Part shown: piece by piece, positions 56,710 to 64,000 of the stretch | Layout: each line of letters begins with the position of its first letter | Position numbering within the stretch: the stretch's first letter is position 1 | IMG/VR virus record: IMGVR_UViG_3300030329_004888 | Span: 5,508 to 69,507 of that record | Strand: one strand, 5' to 3' | DNA: 64,000 nucleotides | DNA from: a virus | Notes under the pieces: model-generated | What the model was told of the DNA's origin: nothing | What the model saw: the letters and a program-made list of their open reading frames with translations, nothing else | Database searches by the model: none | Program-made: the position numbers and the translations under genes

Positions 56710-57228
56710 TTATGCCTCCAGTAATTCCTGCAATGCCCGTTGGTCCTCATCGCGCCAAACCTGTCCCACCCTGTCGGTCGTGTAGGCGATTGCCGCCTGC
56801 GGCCCACGTTTATGCCGTGTTCGTTTCTTGGATTCGGGTAGCTCGTCCAGAGTAGACGACGTCAATAGTTTTTTGATTGCTGTCCATGATACGTTTTTCC
56901 CAATCGACTGGGCATCGAGCCACGCATCCACACCTCCAGACGCATTAGCCTCCAGATAAAACGCACGGGCATAATACAGGTCACGGACAGATCGATCCAG
57001 ATCCATAGCCAGTTTTCCCATCAACGAGCCGGTGCCCCGTTGCCCCAGCCCGGCATACATGGGATGGCTGACGATGGCCTCGCCGATTTCATAGCGGCAA
57101 TGGATGGCCTCCATATGGGCGGCAAATCCCCGTTCGTAGATGATAGCGAGAATGCCCTGAAAAAGCTGTTCATACTCATTGCCGAAATCAGCTGGCTGTA
57201 AATCAGCTTTTGGAATGGCCAGAGACAT
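56710..57228 (-). CDS. DUF1016-N (YhcG N-terminal)-like DNA-binding protein
   Basis: YEIGEAI...LMGKLAMDL..RDLYYARAFY...VSWTAIKKLL. Confidence 0.55.
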   Translation of the reverse strand: MSLAIPKADLQPADFGNEYEQLFQGILAIIYERGFAAHMEAIHCRYEIGEAIVSHPMYAGLGQRGTGSLMGKLAMDLDRSVRDLYYARAFYLEANASGGVDAWLDAQSIGKNVSWTAIKKLLTSSTLDELPESKKRTRHKRGPQAAIAYTTDRVGQVWRDEDQRALQELLEA

Positions 57229-57577
57229 GGGAAAATTCCTTTCGATTGTTTGATATTATTGTGACGGTGAAAACGCGAGGCTCATCCGTCATAAATAAAA
57301 AATTGGTCCGGGAAAAAACAATTCTTTGGCGAGAATTTCCCGGACCGATTCTAATTCGACCTTTTGCGAGGTTGAATTAACTCTTGAATCCTAAGAAAAA
57401 TTCCGGCCAGGCGCCAATTAAATCTGCACCTCCGCCGATCGGCATCTCGACGAAACCGACCCACATCGTGACGATGATATAAAATAAAAAAGGCCGGCAG
57501 ACAAAAGCTGTCCACCGACCCGTGAGGAGTTGGTCACAATGGCAATCGTGAGATGATTGGCCTGTCCGAATATAGGG

Positions 57578-57811
57578 CTATCGATCCGATTGCGCTATCA
57601 AGCACGATGCTGCACAGTTCAGCGCACCGGCCAAGGCAGCCAGGGTCGCCGAAGAAAACGGTTTGCCGTGCAGAATTTTGCTTAAATGAGAAACATCCAA
57701 CTGGGCAACATCAGCCAGTTCAGCCTGGCTCTCAATCCCCAGTTGAGCCATGCGATCCAGCACCACAGCACGATTGATGGTGATTAATATTTTCATTGAC
57801 CCCGTAGTCAT
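57578..57811 (-). CDS. Cro/CI-type HTH repressor
   Basis: SQAELADVAQLDVSHLSKILHG...LAGALNC; counterpart of 20544-20807. Confidence 0.8.
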   Translation of the reverse strand: MTTGSMKILITINRAVVLDRMAQLGIESQAELADVAQLDVSHLSKILHGKPFSSATLAALAGALNCAASCLIAQSDR

Positions 57812-57824
57812 ATATCCCTATTAT
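57796..57824 (+). promoter_or_regulatory. Sigma70-type promoter
   Basis: TTGACC-17-TATTAT, overlapping the repressor start. Confidence 0.65.
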
Positions 57825-57859
57825 ACCCATAAGCACCTCACAACACAAGGAGAGTAGGA

Positions 57860-58507
57860 ATGCCAGACACTATCGAATTACATGACGGGAGCGTTCAGGA
57901 TTTAACGTTTAGGTACGGCAACTGTGCCCGGATGACGAGCCGCAGCGGCACCGGGTTCTATTATCGGTTTGAATTGGAGGAGGGCAGGCTCAACGCCAAT
58001 GCCCACATCGTCAAAGCGATTGCGGAAAATTGGCCCGGACGAGGGGGATCGATGCGAATCGAACGCCACTCTGCTGCCTCGTACACGATCAGCAACGTTA
58101 ATCCCAGTGAAAATGCACAGTACGCCCTCGATATGTGCGAATGGAACAACAACACGCGGAAGTACGATATAATCCCTTTCGACTTGGGGACGGCGGGGAC
58201 GCCAGAGACGGCAACTCCTCAACACAGCCCTCCGTCAACAGCAACGTCGCCGTCCCCCACTCCAGCCACAATCGAAAGCAACACCCAGTGGGACGACATC
58301 ACCGACCTGATGAGGTTCTGCCTGCTGGAGGCCAAAAGAATGTGGGAGAGGACGCAGGTCGAAGCACAGGGGGATCACGCCAAAGCGATTCAGGCGCTGG
58401 CCGTGAGTCTGTACATCGACGCGCGGAAACTGGGCATCACAGTACCGACAGACGACCGCAACGAGTTGATCGCCCAAGAGGTGGACGACGAGGAACTGCC
58501 GTTTTAA
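57860..58507 (+). CDS. SSB-like protein
   Basis: Acidic DDEELPF tail; same slot as 21946-22656. Confidence 0.5.
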   Translation: MPDTIELHDGSVQDLTFRYGNCARMTSRSGTGFYYRFELEEGRLNANAHIVKAIAENWPGRGGSMRIERHSAASYTISNVNPSENAQYALDMCEWNNNTRKYDIIPFDLGTAGTPETATPQHSPPSTATSPSPTPATIESNTQWDDITDLMRFCLLEAKRMWERTQVEAQGDHAKAIQALAVSLYIDARKLGITVPTDDRNELIAQEVDDEELPF

Positions 58508-58740
58508 CGGAATCCTACTACTATCGCGTACCCAGCCAGTCAAGAGACCGTGTCTATCTGATTCTCCAAGAGATTGCAGACGATGCGGTCTCTTGGCACT
58601 GCGGGTGCGAGTTCGCAACATTCCAGAAAAAAGACAGTGCACGGGTGTGCAGACATGTAGATGCTGTCCGTCAGGCCTTCCGACAGGGGGTGGCTGGCGG
58701 CACCGAAAACAATCCCACGTTAGTGGGCATACAGGAGTGA
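58507..58740 (+). CDS. SWIM zinc-finger protein (no canonical start)
   Basis: RVPSQS..Y...WHCGC...CRHV. Confidence 0.55.
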   Translation, partial: TESYYYRVPSQSRDRVYLILQEIADDAVSWHCGCEFATFQKKDSARVCRHVDAVRQAFRQGVAGGTENNPTLVGIQE

Positions 58741-58741
58741 T

Positions 58742-59026
58742 ATGGACACAGACGAGGAATACACCGACGACATCGATAAGGCCCGTGAGGTGGCTGGCAA
58801 GATTGTGGCCACCGCCGATTACTGGATCGCCATTGGATGCACGGTCACAGAAGAAGGAGGCGAACTCCAGTTGGTAGCGGAATTTTCCGAGAATGGAGAC
58901 GCGGAGGCACTGGCACACGCACTGGCTGAACTCCTGCGACGGCGCAGTGATCTGAGGAATTATCTGCTAAAGATGATGGTGTTGTCCGCACGCCCCCTTG
59001 GAGTGGATGACACATGGAAAAATTAG
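58742..59026 (+). CDS. Hypothetical protein
   Basis: aggag RBS. Confidence 0.6.
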   Translation: MDTDEEYTDDIDKAREVAGKIVATADYWIAIGCTVTEEGGELQLVAEFSENGDAEALAHALAELLRRRSDLRNYLLKMMVLSARPLGVDDTWKN

Positions 59027-59388
59027 TTGTGCACGGCATGCTGGTCTCCCTCAACGAGGCCATTGCCAGTGCTAAAAAACACTGGTCTGCCTATGCCAGC
59101 ATCAAGAAGCGATTGACCAATCAGGTATGCACTCTGGCGATGGCGCAGCGGATCGAACCGTTTGACACGCCTGTGGTTATCCGGATGACTCTCTATCCGC
59201 ACAACCGCAAAACCGATCCAGACAACCTGCTGATCAACAGCAAATGGGTGCTGGATGGATTGGTAGCCGCAGGAGTGCTGGCCGATGACGGACCCAAGCA
59301 GATCGCAGGGCTGGAATTCAAATTCGACATGGATCGGGTCAACCCCAGAGTAGTCGTTGAGATCGAGGAGGCCGATGAACCATCCTAA
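59014..59388 (+). CDS. RusA-like resolvase
   Basis: SLNE, DPDNL, KWVLDGLVAAGVLADD, NPRV. Confidence 0.85.
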   Translation: MEKLVVHGMLVSLNEAIASAKKHWSAYASIKKRLTNQVCTLAMAQRIEPFDTPVVIRMTLYPHNRKTDPDNLLINSKWVLDGLVAAGVLADDGPKQIAGLEFKFDMDRVNPRVVVEIEEADEPS

Positions 59389-59675
59389 GCGGATCCTTTC
59401 ACGGTTTTGCGTACGGTGCAAGGTCAACGAGATCATCCACACATCATTCAGGGTGCCGTGGCTGTTCGTGCAAAATTTGCGGACAGGCGACAGCATGCAT
59501 GTAGTGTGGGACGGAGCGAATGTGCCGGTGCGGAAGGAAAGAGATTTTGGCGTATGCGTCAGACGAGTTACAGAGAAGGGGTGGCGGCAACTGGGTCAGA
59601 TCGATGACTGGATGTTTTCGATAACCAGTTTCCCTGCTCTGTGGTATAATAACATAGACAAGGAGGCGAATCAAC

Positions 59676-60005
59676 ATGAAGAAACCAGAGGGATTGACAC
59701 GCCAGGAGAAGGCCAAGGTCAAGAGTCGGAACAAAAACGTGATCGCGAAGTGGGAAGCCAAGTTGGAGGCGCTGGAGCAGCGTGACCCCAGAACGAGGCC
59801 ATTGCATGCGCTGAAGTTTTTTCCTACGCACGGGGCAACTGCGGCCAACATAGCTGGCATCACCGGTCAGCCCGAAGCAGTCGTCAAAAGCACGTTGGAT
59901 CATCTGGCGTCCAAGGGATTTTTGTATCGTAGGGTCAGGCCAGATCCGGAAGCCGTGACTACCCAGCGACGCAAGACACGCATTGTCTATCAATGTCTGG
60001 ATTAG
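59676..60005 (+). CDS. Winged-HTH-like protein
   Basis: aaggagg RBS, upstream TGGTATAAT; TAANIAGITG...LDHLASKG. Confidence 0.6.
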   Translation: MKKPEGLTRQEKAKVKSRNKNVIAKWEAKLEALEQRDPRTRPLHALKFFPTHGATAANIAGITGQPEAVVKSTLDHLASKGFLYRRVRPDPEAVTTQRRKTRIVYQCLD

Positions 60006-60766
60006 ATCTAATTAATGAAGCCATAGACAAGCACAAGTTAAAAACTGTGTTTGCGTTGTTCAGTGGAGGACATGATTCTCTGTGTGCAACGCATGTTGCC
60101 ATGCAGCATCCTGCGGTTACTACGGCAGTCCATATAAATACAGGGATCGGGATAGAAAAGACGCGCCAATTTGTTCGCAATACGTGCAAAAACTTCGATT
60201 GGAAGCTGAATGAGTACCATCCACCAAAGGCGTATAGTGAATTGGTGCAGACATATGGATTTCCTGGCCCTGGACAGCATCAGGCTATGTATATTCAGCT
60301 TAAAGAGCGGTGCTTACGTCAAGTCTTGCGAGAACATAAGACGTATAGACGTGAGGCTATCGGGTTTATTACTGGTGTGCGGTCACAGGAGTCAACTCGA
60401 CGCATGGGTCATGTGAAGCCCATTCAAAAAGACGGAAGTCGCATCTGGATAGCCTGTATACATGATTGGGACAGCAAAGACAAGAATGCATACATGGAGA
60501 AACACAACCTGCCTCGCAATGAAGTTGTAGATTTGCTCCATATGTCAGGGGAATGTTTGTGTGGTGCTTTTGCAAAGCCAGGGGAACGAGAAGAGATTAA
60601 GCTCTGGTTTCCTGAAGTGTATAAAGAAATAGAAGAACTTGAAGAGTCCGTGGCAACAACGGGGAAGCCATGTCGTTGGGGTGTGCAGCCAACAATAAAT
60701 CCGTATCAAACTACCATGAATTTGCCATTGTGCACTTCGTGTATTGCTAAAAATGAGACCCCTTGA
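59993..60766 (+). CDS. PAPS-reductase-family protein
   Basis: FSGGHDS, NTG, TGVRSQES.RR, SGECLCGAFA. Confidence 0.85.
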   Translation: MSGLDLINEAIDKHKLKTVFALFSGGHDSLCATHVAMQHPAVTTAVHINTGIGIEKTRQFVRNTCKNFDWKLNEYHPPKAYSELVQTYGFPGPGQHQAMYIQLKERCLRQVLREHKTYRREAIGFITGVRSQESTRRMGHVKPIQKDGSRIWIACIHDWDSKDKNAYMEKHNLPRNEVVDLLHMSGECLCGAFAKPGEREEIKLWFPEVYKEIEELEESVATTGKPCRWGVQPTINPYQTTMNLPLCTSCIAKNETP

Positions 60767-61706
60767 CGGCCTGACCTACGGCAGTATCTGCTCTGGCATA
60801 GAGGCGGCAAGCGCCGCATGGAAAGAACTGGATTGGCAACCATCATGGTTTGCCGAGGTCGATCCGTTCTGTTGCGAGGTGCTTGCCCATCACTATCCGG
60901 ACATACCCAACCTGATGGACATCACAGCAAAGGAGTTTCTTGATGACGCAACACCAGTTGACGTTCTTATCGGAGGCACTCCCTGTCAAGCCTTCTCCGT
61001 TGCCGGAAGACGACGCGGATTCGATGACGACAGAGGAAATCTCACGCTACGATTTCTGGACGTGGTGGGCCACATACGCCCCCGTTGGGTCGTCTGGGAA
61101 AATGTCCCCGGCGTCCTGTCAATTGACAAAGGACGGACGTTTGGAACCATCCTCGCAAAAATGGCAGGACATGGGTATGGGTGGGCCTACCGAATCCTGG
61201 ACGCTCAGTACTTCGGAGTGCCCCAACGACGCCGTCGAATCTTCCTTGTCGGACATTCTGGAGGAGAGTGGCAGCGTTGCTCCGAAGTACTCGCTGTCGC
61301 CCAAAGCATGTCAGGGCATCCTCCGACGCGCAAAGCGTCGCAAGAAACCGTTGCCGGTGGCACTGGAAAAAGCACTAAAACACACAGCCACTGGGCGGTG
61401 ACCTATGACATGCGCGGCAATGGCAATGGCAAGACGGTGCCCCCTATCATAGGAGATCACGCCAATCGTCCCACCGACTATACGCCTGTAGTTGTAGCAC
61501 GGCCCGGCATGCAAGTACGAAGGCTGACCCCCGTAGAATGCGAACGATTGCAGGGATTCCCAGACAACTACACATTAATCGACAGAAAAGGCAAGCCAGC
61601 AGCCGATAGCCCACGGTATCGGGCAATAGGCAATTCGTTTGCCGTGCCGGTAGTGCGGTGGATCGGCCAGCGCATTGCACACATTGACAAACTGCGAGGA
61701 CAGTAA
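60753..61706 (+). CDS. DNA cytosine-5 methyltransferase
   Basis: CSGIE, GGTPCQAFS, ENVPG, QRRRRIF, RRLTPVECERLQGFP, IGNS. Confidence 0.92.
   Translation: MRPLDGLTYGSICSGIEAASAAWKELDWQPSWFAEVDPFCCEVLAHHYPDIPNLMDITAKEFLDDATPVDVLIGGTPCQAFSVAGRRRGFDDDRGNLTLRFLDVVGHIRPRWVVWENVPGVLSIDKGRTFGTILAKMAGHGYGWAYRILDAQYFGVPQRRRRIFLVGHSGGEWQRCSEVLAVAQSMSGHPPTRKASQETVAGGTGKSTKTHSHWAVTYDMRGNGNGKTVPPIIGDHANRPTDYTPVVVARPGMQVRRLTPVECERLQGFPDNYTLIDRKGKPAADSPRYRAIGNSFAVPVVRWIGQRIAHIDKLRGQ
60940..61401 (+). CDS. Alternative-frame ORF nested in the MTase (M.EcoHK31I beta-like)
   Basis: aaggag upstream; SSLSDILE..PKYSLSPKACQGILRRAKRRKKPLP. Confidence 0.55.
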   Translation: MMTQHQLTFLSEALPVKPSPLPEDDADSMTTEEISRYDFWTWWATYAPVGSSGKMSPASCQLTKDGRLEPSSQKWQDMGMGGPTESWTLSTSECPNDAVESSLSDILEESGSVAPKYSLSPKACQGILRRAKRRKKPLPVALEKALKHTATGR

Positions 61707-62146
61707 TGAAAAAAGAATGGAATGAAGACACATGGGAGCGGAGTCGATGGCCCAACTTTTCCTTTGCCGAAATGAAATGCAGCCACAGTGGACTGTGCTT
61801 CATGGACGAGAGCGCCTTAGACAAATTGCAGGAGATGCGTAACCAGATCGGGCCCCTGTGGGTTACCTCTGCCTACAGAGACAAGACGCATCCAATCGAA
61901 GCACGTAAGACGGATGCGGCGGGGAATCCTCGTCCAGGGGCACATTTCACCGGCAAGGCGTTTGATATCTCCTGCTCTGGAGAAAAGGCCCTACAGGTCG
62001 TTGCCGCGGCATTGTCGGTGCACTTCACCGGACTGGGAATTAAGCAGCACGGGGCCCATGCCAAGCGGTTCATCCATATCGACATGATCAGTGAAGATGA
62101 CAATTTCCACGTTCCACGCCCCACTATCTGGTCGTATGGAAGCTGA
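61706..62146 (+). CDS. Peptidase M15-family endolysin
   Basis: NFSFAEMKC, VTSAYR, GAHFTGKAFDI, FIHID. Confidence 0.85.
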   Translation: MKKEWNEDTWERSRWPNFSFAEMKCSHSGLCFMDESALDKLQEMRNQIGPLWVTSAYRDKTHPIEARKTDAAGNPRPGAHFTGKAFDISCSGEKALQVVAAALSVHFTGLGIKQHGAHAKRFIHIDMISEDDNFHVPRPTIWSYGS

Positions 62147-62807
62147 AAGTCTGTTTGGAGACAGCAACCGGTGCTATCACTGGATGTTGTCTCAGTATCG
62201 GGCGGGGCGCAATATGGAAAAAATAAAGCCCCACTACTACCTGTTCGATGGATCGCATAAGGTCGTTCTGGATCCACGCCGCCAGAAGTGGCTCTGGAAG
62301 CAGGCAGAACGGCGCAATGAACAGACATCGCGCAACCGCAAGTATCAACAGCGCAAACGCGCAGATGGCCTTACTGACGTACAGTGCCACTATCTGGGAA
62401 TCAAGGGGGAGGCAGCGGTTCTACTGGCGTACGGATGGCCCAAGGAACCCCTGAAAACCCTGAAGGCTGGAGGCGTTGGTATTATGGGGGATGCGATTAC
62501 CCCGTCCGGCAAAACCGTACAGATTAAATTGCCCCAAGGACGGAATCGACAATTCGCCCTGCCTACCCATCGCCAGCATCTGGAAACCGATTACGGCATA
62601 CTGGTCTGGCCCGATGAATTCACCACGCCAGTTGACCCGTCTGAGGCCAATGAAACGCTACAGGTGATCGGGTGGTGTTCCAAGGAACAGTTTCAGGCAG
62701 ATTCCGATATACGGACCTTTTCCAACGGCAGCCAGCATTTTCTGCCATGGAAGCTCATGCAAGCCGCCAGAGACTTTCCGTCAGATGATAGCCAAAATAG
62801 CCAATGA
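62136..62807 (+). CDS. Hypothetical, possibly PD-(D/E)XK-like (start uncertain)
   Basis: GIKGEAAV...GD...VQIK...VIGW. Confidence 0.5.
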   Translation: MEAESLFGDSNRCYHWMLSQYRAGRNMEKIKPHYYLFDGSHKVVLDPRRQKWLWKQAERRNEQTSRNRKYQQRKRADGLTDVQCHYLGIKGEAAVLLAYGWPKEPLKTLKAGGVGIMGDAITPSGKTVQIKLPQGRNRQFALPTHRQHLETDYGILVWPDEFTTPVDPSEANETLQVIGWCSKEQFQADSDIRTFSNGSQHFLPWKLMQAARDFPSDDSQNSQ

Positions 62808-62845
62808 GAATTTTCCCGGTAATTTTGGGTGAGGCCTATTTGGTT

Positions 62846-63010
62846 TTAGCTGCTGCCACCTTTTGAATCTACGTACGCCTGACCCAGAAGATACACGGCC
62901 AGCACTATTGCCTGAGCGATTGGCTCTCCCTCGAGCAAGGCAAACCCCCCACCGGCCACCGCCACCTTCTTGCTGACCACACTCTTGATACGTTCTGTAA
63001 GAAAATCCAT
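62846..63010 (-). CDS. Putative holin (54 aa; missing from ORF track)
   Basis: MDFLTERIKSVVSKK...YLLGQAYVD; aaggag RBS; homolog of 27496-27687. Confidence 0.65.
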   Translation of the reverse strand: MDFLTERIKSVVSKKVAVAGGGFALLEGEPIAQAIVLAVYLLGQAYVDSKGGSS

Positions 63011-63036
63011 TTGTTTCTCCTTATTATGCTATCAGG

Positions 63037-63321
63037 TTAAGCGTCGGACGCTCCTTGCTCTTCCTCCGCAGTCTGCACAGACAACATGGGATCTCCGTTG
63101 ACACCGGCACCAATTGGCTTCGGCAATAACACATCCCTGTAGACCATCAGTTGGCCGGTCAGACGCTGACAAAGAGCGTCATTGTTCACCAGGTGTTGAC
63201 GCCGCTGTATAATCTGTGACTCCAACTGCTCAACGATCCTCTGTACGTCTTCTGTGGCTGGCATTTCTGTCATGTCGATCCTTTCTCTTTTTTCTACTGG
63301 GAAGTCTTCCCACATGAACAT
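63037..63321 (-). CDS. Coiled-coil hypothetical protein
   Basis: Late-strand ORF; start possibly 63273. Confidence 0.55.
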   Translation of the reverse strand: MFMWEDFPVEKRERIDMTEMPATEDVQRIVEQLESQIIQRRQHLVNNDALCQRLTGQLMVYRDVLLPKPIGAGVNGDPMLSVQTAEEEQGASDA

Positions 63322-63476
63322 CTCTTCTCTGTACTCGTTCCCATGTTTTGCGCTTGTGTTTTCGCTGCCTGAACTTCCTGTACCAAGTCAAACAGCGCGT
63401 CCTTAACGACAGCAGGTACAGCCTCTGTTGTAGTGCATAGCTTTAACGCCTCATTTAATTTTTCAGTGTATATCAT
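63294..63476 (-). CDS. Hypothetical protein
   Basis: ATGA-coupled to 63473-63901. Confidence 0.5.
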   Translation of the reverse strand: MIYTEKLNEALKLCTTTEAVPAVVKDALFDLVQEVQAAKTQAQNMGTSTEKRCSCGKTSQ

Positions 63477-63901
63477 TTTCCACCTTCATAGATCCTGCGT
63501 AATATAACAATAGCCATGGTTATACCCCACATTATCGATCCGCTAACTGCTTCGTGTTGCCAAAAACTTTGCCACTGACTGCCTCCGGGCCAGCCGTGAC
63601 TTATCTCCCAGATCTGATACAGTATTACCATGAGAGTGGCCGCTGTAGTGGAAGCTATTGTTGTCTGTTTGCTTTCCTTCTTGGCCTGCTCCTCACGAGT
63701 AAGAAGCTCTTCAACTTCTCTCTGTGTAGCCTTAACCTCTTTACGCTTTACTTGTAATTCTTTTCGATCTGAACTACCAACACTAAACGCTAATTTACGC
63801 TCTTGCTGGCACTCCTTTAACGCCCTCAAGCATCTGACATACTCCTCCTTAACCTCGCCAAAAGAAGAGCATGAATCCGGGTTCTTAAACCTCCGTGCCA
63901 T
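63473..63901 (-). CDS. Coiled-coil plus two-TM membrane protein
   Basis: Homolog of 27797-28222. Confidence 0.7.
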   Translation of the reverse strand: MARRFKNPDSCSSFGEVKEEYVRCLRALKECQQERKLAFSVGSSDRKELQVKRKEVKATQREVEELLTREEQAKKESKQTTIASTTAATLMVILYQIWEISHGWPGGSQWQSFWQHEAVSGSIMWGITMAIVILRRIYEGGK

Positions 63902-63902
63902 A

Positions 63903-64000
63903 TCACATTGAGATCAGGAGTTGCCATACCGTCGCTACGCCAATTATGGCTATCACGCCTCCTGAGATTAGTAGTACCTTTTTAATCATCTACCTAATGC
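63903..64000. repeat. Exact direct repeat, copy 2 (runs off the window); includes the 28-aa gene at 63903-63989
   Basis: Identical to 28224-28321. Confidence 0.97.

Larger units (their letters stand above)
28224..63902. mobile_element. Phage unit B, ~35.7 kb, apparently complete, bounded by a direct repeat
   Basis: Second full TerS-TerL-portal-capsid-neck-ejection-fibre operon plus early region; 28224-28321 recurs exactly at 63903-64000. Confidence 0.9.

Noticed and set aside
1-64000. Simple duplication or concatemer of one genome
   Set aside because: Orthologs are strongly diverged and gene content differs between the units
1-64000. Stop-codon reassignment
   Set aside because: Core genes are full length under the standard code, and TAA, TGA and TAG all terminate genes

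Overview
The window is entirely phage DNA. It holds two distantly related, syntenic, podovirus-like genomes laid head-to-tail. Unit A covers <1-28223 and is cut at the left edge. Unit B covers 28224-63902, about 35.7 kb, and looks complete. Each unit has a minus-strand late operon (TerS, TerL, portal, Zn-ribbon protein, scaffold, major capsid, decoration, adaptor, nozzle/stabilisation protein, ejection proteins) and a mostly plus-strand early region (short C5-MTase-like protein, HTH repressor, SSB-like protein, RusA-like nuclease). Orthologous proteins are strongly diverged, yet the last 98 bp (63903-64000) are identical to 28224-28321. That match starts exactly at the stop codon of a 28-aa gene downstream of the tail fibre, which points either to a cointegrate or recent tail-module exchange, or to a figure-of-eight assembly chimera. 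Unit B has no recognisable replication or integration gene. Unit A has a frameshifted Prim-Pol/D5 primase-helicase, two ori-like nested palindromes, an inverted pair of NrdR-box-like 63-bp repeats, an extra 908-aa methyltransferase/HhH-like gene and two adjacent candidate structured RNAs. All family assignments come from motifs recognised by eye; no searches were run.
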